Shown here: positions 50,721-64,000 of the stretch, piece by piece
Layout: each line of letters opens with the position of its first letter
Position numbering within the stretch: position 1 is the stretch's first letter
Program-made: the position numbers and the translations under genes
Source: Lama guanicoe
Lineage: Eukaryota
Reading direction: 5' to 3'
Length of the DNA: 64,000 nucleotides
Assembly (NCBI GenBank): GCA_013239625.1
Contig: MU054323.1
Coordinates: 7,243,220 to 7,307,219, forward strand
Notes under the pieces: model-generated
Database searches by the model: none
Told to the model about the DNA's origin: nothing
What the model saw: the letters and a program-made list of their open reading frames with translations, nothing else

Positions 50721-53589
50721 TTTGAGACCAGGTTGGTTTCCTCATCTGTCAAGTGAGGGGACTGAATTAGTCAGTCCTTCCAGTGGGTGGTGGCAGGCGC
50801 GGGGCAGAAAGTCTAGTGAGATGGGCTTTGGAGAGGGTGGGGGCAGGCTGAGCTTTCACTCTGCTCTTTACTCACTAGTCCCTTCCAGCTACTGAACCTC
50901 TCTGAGTCTCGCTTTCCTCACCTATAAAACGGGGAGGGGAATATCTACTTCACAGTAATGCTATAACAATTAAATGAAGTAATATGTGGAAAGCTGACAC
51001 GTGAGAGTCACTCAAGAATTGTTAACTTCCTCTGCTCCCTCCCTGTCCCTAGGCAGATCCCAGCTCACCGCCCCGCATGTGCAGCCATCACTCACGGCTA
51101 CAGACAAACCCCAACATCTGGCTGGTCCCGCTGCAGTGAGATACTCAGGAACACTGGGGCTCCATGGTCTTTCCAAAATGCAAAGCTGATTATGTCACTC
51201 TGCAGAGCTTAAGCCCTTGCTGAGGGGGCTCCCAGGGCCCTGCAGGATCAAGCCAAGCTCCTTAGCCCCGGTGAAGGAAGCCCCTAAGATCTGGCCAGCT
51301 GCCCCGCAACCCATCGCAAACTGACCATGCCAGGTGCAAAAGCGGGCTGCTTCCCTCCCCGGGACCTTGGCATAGACCCTTCCTTCTGCCCTGACTACCG
51401 TCTCCTCAGGTTGGCCAGCAAGCCCTGACTTTTCCAACCTCACTTCCCTTCCCCGGGTCCCTCCCATATCCTACCTAGATGGAGTCCATGTGTCCTCCCT
51501 CTCCTGTAGCGCCCATAATCCAAGTGCCCACAATCCAGTGCTGCAACCGCCAGCGATCATCCTAGCCAGGCTACAAGCCCCTCGAGGGAAGGGACTATGT
51601 CTTATTCACTTTGGCATTCATCCCTAGTGCCTAGAGGGAGGCTCTGGCACAGGGCAGGCACTCAAAATACTTGATGAGTGACTGTCACATAGTAGGTGCT
51701 CAGTAAACGTGTCCATACACATAGAGAGAGGCAACCTGTAAAAATCAACAAACCTGCACCAGTACAACCAGGTAGGAGACTCCAGTGCTGCTCAGATCTT
51801 TAAGACTCCAAATCAGGAAACAGGATGACTAAAATGTATCTTCTAGGCTTAAACATAATCATGTCACTTTACATTTATGTAACTTTTTACAGCTTTCAAA
51901 GCCCCTTCACATTTGGTGGCCTGTTAGATTAAGTAGTTACCATCAGCCTCTCTCAACTTCTGAGGCTATGATTTGACCTACATTTTAACACAGCTCACTG
52001 GATGGATTATTTTAAGCCACACACAACTTCTCATTCTGATGAGCTGGGCCATGACAATAATAATCTCTCATTTGTACAGTACGTGGTAATTAACAAAGCA
52101 TTTTCACATACGTTATTTCATTTCATTCTTAACACTTTACAGAAAGCAGAACTGGCATTATTTTTTCCCACTACCCAGGCGGGAAATCTGAAACTCAGAG
52201 TGGTTATCTAACTTTCAGAGATCGGAGAGCCAGGAAGGGAGGCCTTTAGAACCCAATTTTAAGTCCTTCGATTCCTAGCCCAGGGGTCTTTCCACAGCAA
52301 CATGCCACTACACCGTATGCTACTGACATAGGTGTGTGCACGTGTAGACACAGACATAGACACACACACACACAGAGAGACCATGAGCAGGCAGGCAAGC
52401 CACGGTAAAGGTTACACTGGCATTCACATGCACACATCCACACAGAGTGTCTCAGGGGCCTCATGCCTAGACAGGGACCCACCCCCTAAGAGAGACACGT
52501 CCCCCAAGGTCCTCACCCAGAGACAGACAGCTACATGTACGTGCTCCCTTCAGAACGTACACCGGATGCTCCGGACCCAGCATCCGTTGAGCAGATGTCT
52601 CAAGTTGGTGTGTGAGTCGAGGGGATGAACTTGCCGGATCTAGTCAGCCACTTGCCCGGGCCCCCTGGGACAAGAAGCACGTACAGCCTTTGCCAGCTGG
52701 CTGGCCGGCCTCCCAGGGCCTGTCTGTGGTCGTGGAATTCAGTGAAACGAACTGGCTTCTCCGGCAGGCGGAGGCCCCCTCCGGGCTGCCTGAGCACCAG
52801 GCACACAGAGGTACGGGCACACAGGACCTGCAGACCACACCGCGCTCACACACGCACAGACCAGTGCACCCAGGCCAGGCTCGCAGAGGGCTGTGCCCCA
52901 GGGCGTGCTGCAGGAAGACAGGCGGGCGGGGCAGGGGCACCAGGAGCCGCTGGGGATGCAGGGGCTTCCACACAGCCCCCCAAAAGCCCCCCTGCCTTTT
53001 GTGCTCTCCGTCACCTCCCAAAGCTCACCAGGACTTTGTTTCAACAAATCAACATTATTCAACAAGTATTCACTGACTGCTTGGTGAGTTTTGTATTATA
53101 ATTATTGATGAAGGTCTCCCATCCCTTTCAAAAGGTCACTCTCCTGAAGAGCAGCGGCCTCTCCAAGGCCCCCCAGCTCCCAGGTACCTGCACATGTGGG
53201 TTTTCCCAGGCCCTGTGCACCATGCAGGGGCCCTACTGCCTTCCAGAGTTCCCCAAGCATGCAGCCAGGCCAGCACAGCACAGCTGTGCCCACCTTTGTG
53301 GCCCTAGGTCCACCATGAGGCCAGGCCCGCGGGCATGCCCCAAAACATTTACTGAACACCTACTGTGTACTGGCTATAAAGATAAGCAAATAGAGAACTC
53401 CATTCAGAAGGAGAAACACCACAGAGACACACAAGTGCCTGACGCTGTGCTGAGGGTCGGGATAGAGTACACCCACTCTGCTTGCAGCCGCCTCCATGGC
53501 CCCCAAACCCACCCTCATTCGCTTCTTCGGCAGCCCACCAGGCTCTGTGCAGCCCCACATCTCATCCCCACCTCACTAGGCAACCTAGA

Positions 53590-53790
53590 CGGAAAGAATC
53601 CAGACTAAACTACTTCATAGCCATGTGACCTTTGCCAAGTTTCTCAACCTTTCGAAGCCTCAACTCCTCATCTGTGAAATGGGGATAATCACAGTGGGTG
53701 CCTCGAGTTATTGTGAAGATTACGTGAGATAATTGTTGGACAAAGGAAACTCCCTTAGATGTTAAGTGGGATGATTATAAGTAATAGCCC
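53590..53790 (+). mobile_element. MIR
   Basis: tgtgacctttgccaagtttctcaacct...ctcatctgtgaaatggggataat core. Confidence 0.75.
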
Positions 53791-55629
53791 TAATTGCCCT
53801 GTGGCTTCGCACAGAGGCAGCTGCAGGGCAAGACCTGGCCCAGTGCTCAACCCAGGTGCCAGAAAGGAAGGGCATCCCCCCATTTCTCAGTCGTCCTGGG
53901 ACACCCACTCCAGCCCAGCTCCCTCTGCAGAGCTGAGCTCAGCTTCCCCACCTAGGCCCTGGGGCACCAGCTTCCTGGCCAGGATGGGCCCCATCCCCAG
54001 CCTGGTCGGGGATGAGGGACCTGAGGGACCTGGAGCCCAGCTGTGGCCCCTCACACAGGCCTCTGAAGGTGGCCACAGCCCCTGCCATCAGGAGTGAGGT
54101 CATCTTGCAACTGGCCTTAGTTTCGCTTCTGTTCGAGGGTAAAGGGAAGAGGGGCCCACAGGCCTGCTGTGCCTGCAAACACTGGGACAAGTAACCTTCT
54201 TCCACACGCCAGCTTCTCAGGGGACTTGAAACCCACACCATTCGCACTCTCACCTGCATCTTCCCCACTCTTCTCCACGCCCTGCAGTCTCTGGGGCCAC
54301 AGTGCATCTTCACCGCAAGTGTGTTGATAGGTTGGTAGATAGACAGCTAGTTAATAGTCCAAAATAAATTCTAAGACTAACTTCAGCTGTGCCAGGTCCC
54401 TGTGTTAACCACTCTCACGTGCTGTCTCGGGTAAACCTCTCATTTCCCTGCTCAGCAGTCATGCAGCCGAGTCCATATTCAAACACAGGTCTGTCTCCAG
54501 AGTCCAAGTGACCCCCACTCAAGGCTGCAGTGACTGCAAAGTAAAACTTGACATGTAAGAGCATCTAACTTAGAGAAGCTTAGAGAAACTGAAGCTTAAA
54601 ATACAGGTCCTGGTCAGCTTGGGAGTGGGCACTACTTACATCACTGTCTGCTCTCCACACTGGAGCATCTAATCGACTCCACTGAGCTGAAAAGGGATGC
54701 GCCATTATTACCAGCTGTGTTCCTGAAGAGGTGAGGGCAGAACTACCTTTCCTGGAACTGTTTAAGTGCATCAGAGGGATACTATTTCAATGACCCCCAT
54801 AGTGACGATTATAAAGCAAAGAACAGGCCCTGAGTGGCCATGTGTGGGCATCTGAGTGCACTAAAGGCAGAGCGTGCCCAGGGGCTGGCACCGGATCTGT
54901 GGGCCAGGAGGAACAGCTGAGAGTGGAGCCAGGGGGAACCCACCCAAGGATGCCCTTGAGCTTGAGAACCAGAGCACAGGAAGTGGTCGGCACCCAAGGG
55001 AAATCAGTACACGCCAAGCCTCTGGGTTGGACTTAGGTGAAGAGGGAGGAGCCCCGGCATACACACATGTACACACACACACACGCACACGGGCACACTT
55101 GCTGTGCTCCCCCTGCACAAAGGAGGACCTCCCTCCTCCAGGCATGGCTTATTCATCCTTGTATCTTCCTATCCCCTTCCCTTTACTAGGTCCTCCAGCA
55201 ATGTTTATCCTGTTCATCCAACAGATTTGTGGAGCCCTACTGTACCTGGAAAGGTACCTAAGTCTGAAGAGAAGGAAAGAGAAGCTATGTGTACAGAGAG
55301 GAAAGGAGAAAGAGAAAGAAGCAATGTGTCCCAGCTGTGTCTTCACAGAAAAGCGTGTATCTTGTGTGTGTGTGCATGCAAGTGTGCACATGCACCCATG
55401 GTCACGCATGTAAGCCGGTGTATGTGAACCCCTGCTGGAGATGAAGTGCCCCCAACCTCCACCTCATGTAAGAGCACAGCTACACAGAGAAAAGCTTTCT
55501 CTGACCATCCTGACTTTTTGTTTACATACACATTCTTGAACCTTCAGCAGAAGAACGTGGATCGGACTATGGAACCTCACAGCTGGGAGGCACCGTCCAC
55601 TCTATCCCCCTCCACACAGGAGGCAGCCT

Positions 55630-55860
55630 GAAAGGCACAGAAGCCTGGGTTTCAATTCCAGGACCATCACCACTTGCTAGCTGTGTGGCCTTAGACAAAT
55701 GACCCAACCTCTCTGAGCATCAGTTTAGTCTTTGATAGGATAGAGTGATAAAAATAATAGAGCCTATCTTATGGAGAAATTGTAAGGATGAAATAAGATG
55801 ATGCAAATACAGAGCTTAAAAGAGCACCTGGCAGATAGTCAGCACTCAATGCATCTGTTG
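55630..55860 (+). mobile_element. MIR
   Basis: caccacttgctagctgtgtggccttagacaaatgacccaacctctctgagcatcagttt core. Confidence 0.75.
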
Positions 55861-57244
55861 TTTCTGAGGCCAGAGGGAAGGGGGAGCTTAAGATCAGGGG
55901 CCCAGCCCGGGATCTGCACTCGTGGCCAGGCACTGATTCACATTTGGGGATCTGAGGACGCCCTTCCAGCCCCAAGGCTTGGAGTGCTCTTGGTCCCCTT
56001 TCCTGCTCCCTCTCCCCTCTCCCTCCTCCGCACGAGGCCTGGCACCCTAGCTCCATGATCCCCTCTGAGCCAGGACCAAGGCTCCTGGCCTCCCTGCTGC
56101 TCACCTCCCTGCCCGGCTCCCCCTCCCTTTTCTGTGGCCACATTTACCCAGCTGACCCTCCCCAGCCAGAGCCCCAGAGCTCAGCCCTCCCTGCCCAACG
56201 TATGCATGGTAGGGTGGGGGAGGCTGCAGGGAGAAGGGATGCTGGCCCGACGCCAGAGGACACCACATACCCAGACGTCTACAGTCCCGGCCACAAGCAT
56301 GGCCGCCTCCCCCTGCCGGCTTGATCCAGGTTCTGGGATTGTCCTCCTGTGGAGAGGTCTTATCACTCTCAACTTCCTTTCTATCCAAGCCACAAAACAC
56401 GTCCTGAGCACCTACTCTGTGCTAGTCAGGCCTGAGGAGTCAGACGGCAGTGGCTGGGGCCCTGCCCTCCAGGGGCAGCACGGGGCTGGATGTTAGCCAC
56501 ACTGTACTTTTCAAGTCTCCGAGAGGGCCGGTGAGAACAAGGACTGCTGGGTCTCGTCGCCAGGTTCCTGACTCAGCAGGCCGGGGTGGGGCCCGGGCTG
56601 TGGCATGTCTAGCCCTTCCAGGTACCACTGGTACTGCTGGTCTAGGGATCACATTTGGAGAACCGCTGGTTCTCTCTGTGATTCAAGGCAGACTGAAGCC
56701 AGGCCTTTGATCAGAGAGGAGGAAAGAAAATCAGGGAAAGGGCATACCAGGCAGAGGACGCAGCATAAACAAAGGCCTGGCAGCTCCAGGAAGCCCTGGA
56801 GTGAAAGGTGCACGAGGCGTGGCCAGGAGGGCGGCGGGAAGGGCATGTGGGGCCGGTGGTGAAGGGGCCACTGGGCAGCCACACCCCTTCCTCTGGCTCA
56901 CCCAACAGTTCCTTTGTGCCAGGTGCCCCGGGAAACTCCGCCAGGCTCCTTGGGCCGCAGCCCAAGCCCATCTTCCCCTCTGCAGCCACACGGCACCCCT
57001 GCCCCAGGCCTGGCTTTCGCAGGCTGCGGTGGGCGGCTGTCAGCGCCTCTGCCCACCCTCCCAGGGCGGCTCCCTGGAGCTGTGGGAGCCAGCCCAGAGG
57101 TGCCAGGGAGGTGTGCCAGGTGAGCCAGCGTGCAGACCGGGGAGGGGCACCCGCCCCTGTCTATCAGCTCCCTCCATCAGCACCCGGCTCGGGGCCTGGA
57201 TGTGCGTGTGCTGCCTCTCGAGCCAGAGCAGTTACTATGGGTGG

Positions 57245-57485
57245 ATAATAATAGCAATCGTAATCCCTCATAATTGGACCAGACTTTGCTGTTTGCAGGG
57301 CACTCCATGCCCATGACCTCATCTGACTTCCACAACCACCCCATAAAACAGGCATGGCTAGAGTTACTATCCCCATTTTACAGCTGAGCAAACGCAAGCC
57401 CGGAGGGCCTGAAGTCACATCTCCAGTAAGTGACACACTCAGGCCTTGGGCCCGGGACTTGTGACTCTCCGTCCAGTGCTTTTTC
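57245..57485 (-). mobile_element. MIR
   Basis: tatccccattttacagctgagcaaac...aagtcaca...ccagtgctttt. Confidence 0.7.
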
Positions 57486-59316
57486 TATGTCCTGAACTGT
57501 TGTGATAGAGAGCCTGTCTGCTGCTCCCCAGGGGAGGGGCTGGGGGCTCTGTAGCCTAGGAAAGCCCTACTCAGTAACAGGAGGAATGTGACCCAGCTGT
57601 CCTCACCACCCCCAACCGGGGGAGGCGGGTAAGCTGACCCCCAACTGCAAGTGCATGAACACGGAGCTGTGTCAGCACCAGTCAGGACATCAGACAGGGG
57701 GAGAGGGGTCAGGGTCACCTAATCTAACAAAGGAGTAAAGCCAGGCCCAAGAAGGGGAGGGGATTATCTATGGCCACAGCTGCCACTCAAGAGCACAGGT
57801 GGCTGCAGGTGGCCCTGACTCTGTGGCGGCAGGGTCTCGGTCTGCTGCTGCCCGAGTCCTAGGTGGGAGTAGCCCAGAGGGCCGTGGGATCAGAAAGAAG
57901 GGGACTGACCTGTAACTCCTAGGAGCCCTGCCCAGTGGCCCCCATCCCGTGGCACTCTGCAGAATTCTGGGCTGAGAAGGCAGGTGTCTGGCCTTCATGC
58001 CTGCCTGTGTGTATGTGAGTGTCCAAGCCAGGACCCACACAGGTGGAGCAGTGGAAAGGCTCTGATGCAGGAGACCAGGCTCTCATCTGGACCCACTGCT
58101 GAGTAGCCAGGCTCAGCTTCCTTGTCTGCGAACCATGGCCATCTGGCCTTGCCCCACTTGTTTCAAGGGTTGTCCTCAAGGACCAAAAGATGGAAACCAC
58201 CCCGAAAACAGAAACTGGCTGTATAAACGAGCCAGCCCAAAAGGAGTGGAGCACGCGTTGGGGGAGGGTAAGCAGGGAGCAGATCTGGGAACTGCCCTGA
58301 TGGTGGGTCAGCAGAGTGGACACTCCTCTGAGTGCTCAGAGGCCCCACACCTGGTGCCAGGGGTCCACTCTGGTTCCAAAGGGACATAGTGTGCCCCATG
58401 AGCATGCTCGGCTACTCCCAGATACCACCAAGCATCATACCCCACTCCCCTGCTCAGGGAAAGGGGAGCAGGCAGACGGAACTGTGGAGACCAGGATCAG
58501 CAGGTGGGGTTTATCATTCCACTGACAGAGGGGAAACAGAGTCCAAGTGCTGGGGATCTGAGTGCCTTTGCCTACAGGTGGGCACTGTTTGTTGAGGTTC
58601 CAAGGCCACCCGTCGGGACCCGGCAGGGACTCCTACGTCTGCTGTGATCTCCTTGAACTGATTTAGGCCCATACTGGAGTTCGGCAGAAGGGTGAAGAGG
58701 TCATCCCTCACAGGGCCGGAGATCACTAGCTCCATGGCCAGGAAGTGACACTTGCTTGGAGCCTAGGGTAGGGGCGGGAAATCACCGTCTCCCCGGTGAT
58801 GGTGACGGGGGAGCCCTGAGCACACAGAGCACCGAGTGAGCCTGCCTGCCTGTCTGCACCACAGAGGGAGCCCTCAAGGGGCCTAACATCGAGAGCCCCC
58901 TAAACTTGTCTTTGGCCTCCCAGAAGCTACCAAACACCTTGTGGAAACAGGCAACTAAACCAGGTAAGGTGACTTACCTAAGGATACACAAGTAATAAGA
59001 TGCTGACGCAGAAGGAAGACAGTTTTGGGGACTCTGCCAGGCCAACCCCTAACAACTGCACAGACTTGGGGTTGGAAGCTCTGCTCAAGCACTACAAGGG
59101 TTAAAAGCCTGGGTCCTGGGGCCCGACCACCAGGATATAACCTCTCCAAGCCTCAGTTTGCTCACTGACACAAGGAGGCCCATCCTCCCTACAGCCCTGT
59201 GTGAAGACTGAACGACCCCCAGCGCTCCCCGGAGCTGTGTTTCTTGGGGATGGGCCCTGCCCTCCCCTCCCTTCCCGGGCTCGGCTGGAGGGTCCCCAGT
59301 AGAGCCGGCTGCTCAC

Positions 59317-59388
59317 CTTGCGGTCCTCCTCCCGCTCCGGAGCGGAGCCGCTGGTGTCCCCGGGGCCGCTGGCGGGCATCGCGGGCAT
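59317..59388 (-). CDS. DNMT3A: DNMT3A exon 2 coding part (MPAMPASGPGDTSGSAPEREEDRK), 72 nt
   Basis: ATG at 59388; donor AAG|gtgagc; peptide matches the DNMT3A1 N-terminus. Confidence 0.96.
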
Positions 59389-59586
59389 CGCGGGCAGCTG
59401 GGCGGTGGGAGGCAGGCTGGGGCTGTGTGGGGCTCGGGGGCTGCTTGGCTTTGGGGAAGGAATTATCCTGGTCTTGGTCAGCAGGAGTTAAAACTTAGAC
59501 ATAGATCCCAGTGTGGTGAGTGCGGAGTGAAACTGGTGAAACTCGGCCTCAGGCTGCCTGTGGGGTTGGGCTTCCGATGGCTCCAC
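59389..59586 (-). other. DNMT3A: DNMT3A exon 2 5' UTR portion
   Basis: Strong acceptor cctcttctcttcccccacag|GTGGAGCCATCG at 59586; resembles the human exon 2 UTR as recalled. Confidence 0.88.
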
Positions 59587-62559
59587 CTGTGGGGGAAGAG
59601 AAGAGGGGTCAGCAGGGCAGAGCACCCCAACCCAGGCTCCACCTGGCACCCCCCAATCCCTCCTGGGGCCAGGCCCTCAGCTTCAGGGCCACACTGGCCT
59701 GTAAGGCCTGCTCCTCTGACCTGACTCCTTTTCCCAGGCTCACGGGCAGCCCAGCACCCCCGGGAGTGGAGAAACTGAGGCCAGCTGGGTGCACCGCCCC
59801 GCCTGGCTTCCCTCAGGGCTGCCTCCTGCCTCCCTCAGCCTCCACGTTGCTGTGGCACAGTGGGCGCCACTTCTGGGACCTCCAGCTGCCTCCCGCCTCC
59901 TCCCTTCTCTTCATTCACGTCTTCTCTTTGCTTTGAAAGCTTCCCGCACCCTCCCTCCCACCCCAACCACCCCCCTGGGAAATCCCAGAGGTCCCCAGCC
60001 CAGCTACGTTTTCCTTCTAATCTGTCCTCCCCACACCCCCCACCCCCACACCGCTCCCACCACGTGGAGGAAGGGAGCCCCAGTCACAGGATGTAGTGAA
60101 ATGAATGTCACCTCACTTTAGGACCAGCGTCTGGGCCCAGAGAAAGCTGTGGCTGAATTCGGGCTGAAGGCCTAGGTTTGCAGGGCTGTTGAGGGGAGGC
60201 CCTGGCCGGGAGAGGATGCCAGGCCGCTCTCTCCCCAACCCCGTGAACTAGCCCCATCTGCCCTGGGAACCTGGTGGGCTCGAGGGGGCCCTGCGTACAC
60301 ACAGGGCTGAATTTTAGGGGCTTTTCAGCCTCCCCGCTTCAGGTATGGGCCGCAAGCCAGTGAACTAACAAAGCCCGTGCCGCAGGCCTCAGCTGGGGGT
60401 GGGGGTGTTGTGGCTTCAACCCCCGTCACTCGGAGACACAGAGTTCTCCTGCTCCCCACCCCCTAGGAGAAGCCCAGGCCAAGCCCCCGCCTCCAGTGCG
60501 CCAGCCAGAACGGGGAGGGGACTGGCAGGAGGAGGAAAGAGGGAGGCAGGCTGGATCTGGGCCCACCCACACCCTTCCCCTTCCAGTTCCCGGTTCTGCT
60601 TCCCTGCTCCCCCTCCCTCCTGGACTTCTTCTCCCATCCCCCTCCAGCCAGGGCTCCCTGGAAAACCAGGAGCCGGAGAAGACACAGGCTCGGGTCTCTC
60701 ACGGGCTCGGCCCCTCCCCAGGGGCCCCAGAGGCAGGGGCCCCAGTCCCAGCTCTGCCGCAGGTGTGGATGGGGAGCTGGAGCTGGGAGGAGCCTCCTTA
60801 GGGACAGGACATGGGGGTGGGGGGTGGGCATCAGTTAAAGCCCGGGACAGGCTGATGGTGCTCCCTGCCCCACAGGTGAGCCCTACAGAAACCGCAGGTG
60901 TAATGCATGCGTCTAAGCTCAGCACAGCTGTTTCTAATTCGTTGCCCTAATACACAGGTGAGTAGACAGCAAGACTGAGAGCAGCCCCCTGGGTCAGCCG
61001 CTGTGTGAAGCATGTGGTGGGTCTTCCTTCTTCGGGCAGCTACTAGCATTCCTACTCTCTACTGTTGAATCTAAGGCTCAAAAAGTCTAGGACTTGTCCA
61101 TGTTCCAGGGTCAAAGCAGAGGGCTGAATCCAGATCTCTCAACTCTAAAGCTGTGAGGGGGTCACTACGAAGTGGCATCCCTGACTTACACCCTCACACC
61201 ACCCCACAGAGACAACTCCCGAGAGCCCACCAGAGAGCCAGTCCCACCCAAGAACTCAACGAGGCCTCCGTCCACCCTCGGTCAGCGATTCCCCCTCAAA
61301 GCCCCTCCCCGTTTGTGAGCACAGACCTCCCCGGTCACCCCCACATCAAAACCTTCAAAAGGATGCAGAAGCTGAAAGAGGCAGAGCCTGGTTGGGAAGA
61401 ACACTGAAGCCGGAGTCAGCAGATGTGAGTTCTCAACCAGACTCTGGCATCTCTGGCCCTCAGCTTCCTCAACCATAAAATGGGAGAGCTGGACTAGATG
61501 GTGTTCAAGAATGTCTTCTAGTTCCGCCCAGCCAAGCTTTTTGCTTTTGGAGGCCCCAAGGGCAAAGGGCAGGAGCAGACAAGGCTGGGCCGACTTCAGG
61601 AGCCCCTGGAGAGCCCTGTACAAAGTCAGAGGCAGATAAGGATCCTTGTCTCAATGCTGCCCTGAGGCCTAGAAACATCCAGGGTCTTCTGTAAGAAAAA
61701 ACACTTTCAGAGAACCTCTGGTTGCTAGTGAGAAGAGGAAGGAAGCAGGAGGGAAAAGCAGAACGTCACAGGGTGTTGACCCTGAGGGCAGACGCCCCGG
61801 AAAGAAACAGAGAGGAAAGGAAATGCTCTTTCCTCCTCCCCTCCCTCCACTCACCCCCTGATATGAGCAGCATGCACTGTCCTCACAACAAACGCAGCTG
61901 ACCCAGGTCAGTCTTTAGGTTCCATTGTGTATGTGACTCAATCAATCAGACTTGTCAGTAAGTGTCCCTCAAAGTCACCCAGCATCATCTAAAACCATCC
62001 AGCACCATCCAGGCAGGCCATGCACTGCACAGCTCCAGCACCCACTGTCATGGCCAAGGTCCAGGCCTGGACACAGTGCTTCCCGCCTGCCCTTAGAAGC
62101 ATCCTTCTTCTTCCAAGCAGCCGTGCCAAGGGGAGAGACCTGCTCCTGGACCCACAGTCCCAACACAGCAGCATATGTCTACCATGGCGGTCCTACGCCA
62201 AGCACAGCCCTGCTGCTCCTGGCACCAAGGCATCGTCCTCACCCACGCCAAGGGCTGCACCACAAAACCAGCACCAAATAAACACCCTTGCCAAGAACCC
62301 TACCACCTTGACAGGCAGCTTTTAGTTTTTCCTCTATACTTTTAACTAGCTTTTGTTTTCTCCTTTATAGTTCTGACGTCCACAGTGGCCATGGATGAGG
62401 TTTAAAACAACTTAAAAAAATTTTTTTTGAGGACTCCTATCATGAAAATGTCCTGGTATTATAACTGACATGGTCACCATCATCACTGCTTCAGTTACAA
62501 AACTGTTGTGCAAAAGGACTGGGATTTTGAATATATACACCCAATTTGGCTACATTCTA

Positions 62560-64000
62560 AATCCAATTTAGCAAAAAATTGTTTGTTTGTTTTTAAGAAG
62601 ACATAAAGTCACAAGATTGTGCTGAACAGAGAGGAGACACCAGCAACAAAATTTAGGGGTCTGGGAAGCAGACTGGTGACAGGCAAATTTCAGACAGCAC
62701 ATGAAAAGTGATTTCTAACAGAGTCCTTTAAGGACACTTGGCATGACAGCACCATGTGTCTCTGGGACAAGGGGTGAAGAGGATGCACATGTGAAATTAA
62801 AAAGGACTTAAAGAAAAGAAGTAAAGTCCCTAGGTCCACCTCCCCCAGAAGTCTGAAAGTTTCTTCTCTGGAGAGTGCAAACCAGAGGGTCTGTGCACAG
62901 AGAGTCGACTAGTACAGTTAGAGCAAGGGTAATAAACCAAACCCAAAGAGATGAAAGTTATTTCAAATGCTAATATTGAGCCCCCTTGGCTGTCTCCCCA
63001 CTGGGCTCAGAGACCTTTATCTTCTCTGGAAAATCTAATTAGTGCAAGAGGAAAGGCCTAAGAATACAGATATTGACCCCAGAACCCAAATGATGTCCAA
63101 ATGGTCAACCAAGGTGGATCTGCAAGTCAGCCAGCCCCCACCTTCGTGTTCAAAGCTTCCAATCAGCTTTTTAGCTCCCTGTTCTTAATCCTGAAAGGAC
63201 AACCAAGGACCACTAGACATCCAAGGGAAGCCTTGAACTTAGAAGACAGAGACCAGAACAAATCAACCAAAATCAAAACCAAACACAACTGTGGGAAACA
63301 GACTTTACACACAGAGAAGGATACTACGAATGTGATGTTATTAAAAAAAAAAAAGTCAGAGAGCAAAAAAAGAACTCCTAGAAATAAAAATCATGCTAGT
63401 AGAAATACACAAGTCAACAGAGCGGGTATATCAAAAAAAAATAGAAAATAAGAAAAGAGAATTAGAGAGTTGGTCTGTACGTTTCCACATCAAGTAAAAT
63501 AGGAGTTACAGAAAGGAAAAAAAGAGAGAGAGAGAGGAGAAAGTTACCAATGAAATAATAATTCAAGAGAACTTCCCAGAACTGAAAGACATGAGTTACC
63601 AATCGAAAAGGCCCCCTGACTGCCCCAAACAGACAAAAACAGACCCGCACGAGACACATCACAGTGAAACTGCAGAACACTGGGACAAAGAGAAGATCCT
63701 ACAAGTTTCTAAAGGGAGAAAAAGGTGATGTATAAAGTTTCAGGAATCAGAATGACTTCAGACTGCTCAGTGTTCATACTGAAAGCCTGAAGACAGAGGA
63801 CCAATACCCTTTCAATTCTTAAAACAATTCTCCAGTTAGAACTCTTAACCCAGCCTAATGATCGTTTCAGTGTGAGAGGAGAATAAAGGTATTTTCAGAT
63901 ACTCCTCTCTCAAGAAGAAGGGGAAGATGTCCTTTAAGACACAGCAGACAAGGGAAGGGAGGCTCTGGGATGAGGTGCACAGAGTCCAGGTGAAGTCATA
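62560..64000 (+). mobile_element. Old L1 ORF1-region or HAL1-like fossil
   Basis: A-rich; gaaataataattcaagagaacttcccagaactgaaagacatgag and gacaaagagaagatcctacaag...aggaatcagaatgacttcagac encode EIIIQENFPELK, DKEKIL and GIRMTSD ORF1 motifs. Confidence 0.75.

Noticed and set aside
56569..56579. AP-1/MAF-type tgactcagca motifs (also near 18898, 43191 and 45333)
   Set aside because: Isolated short motifs with no clustering or other support.
58781..58812. Short inverted repeats atcaccg...cggtgat
   Set aside because: Stems of 7-8 bp are expected by chance in GC-rich DNA.
59587..64000. DNMT3A exon 1 or an intron 1 microRNA
   Set aside because: No CpG-island promoter or convincing pre-miRNA hairpin here; these should lie beyond the window end.

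Overview
Mammalian genomic DNA covering the 5' part of DNMT3A (de novo DNA methyltransferase 3A) on the minus strand. Coding exons 2-8 map with splice-site precision (72+105+271+44+147+216+159 = 1014 nt, 338 codons, N-terminus to mid-PWWP). The window also holds the internal CpG-rich promoter and first exon of the short DNMT3A2 isoform, with a 51-N gap at its probable start. Exon 1 and exons 9 onward lie outside the window. The introns contain LINE-1, CR1/L3, L2, MIR, hAT DNA-transposon fossils, a probable solo LTR and five copies of a tRNA-derived SINE resembling camelid Vic-1, so the source is probably a camelid (inference). I found no new multi-gene system. The best leads concern isoform control: a GC-AG intron 5, one out-of-frame TGA at the start of exon 7 shared by two splice routes, a diverged but in-frame homolog of the human isoform-b cassette exon, a 4-codon uORF and a 9-bp repeat at the start codon. 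Other leads are two near-perfect tandem duplications, a SINE-in-L1-in-L1 nest, a stop-free CR1 fossil and an isolated hairpin. Comparisons with human and mouse and repeat family names are from memory and need alignment or Dfam confirmation.
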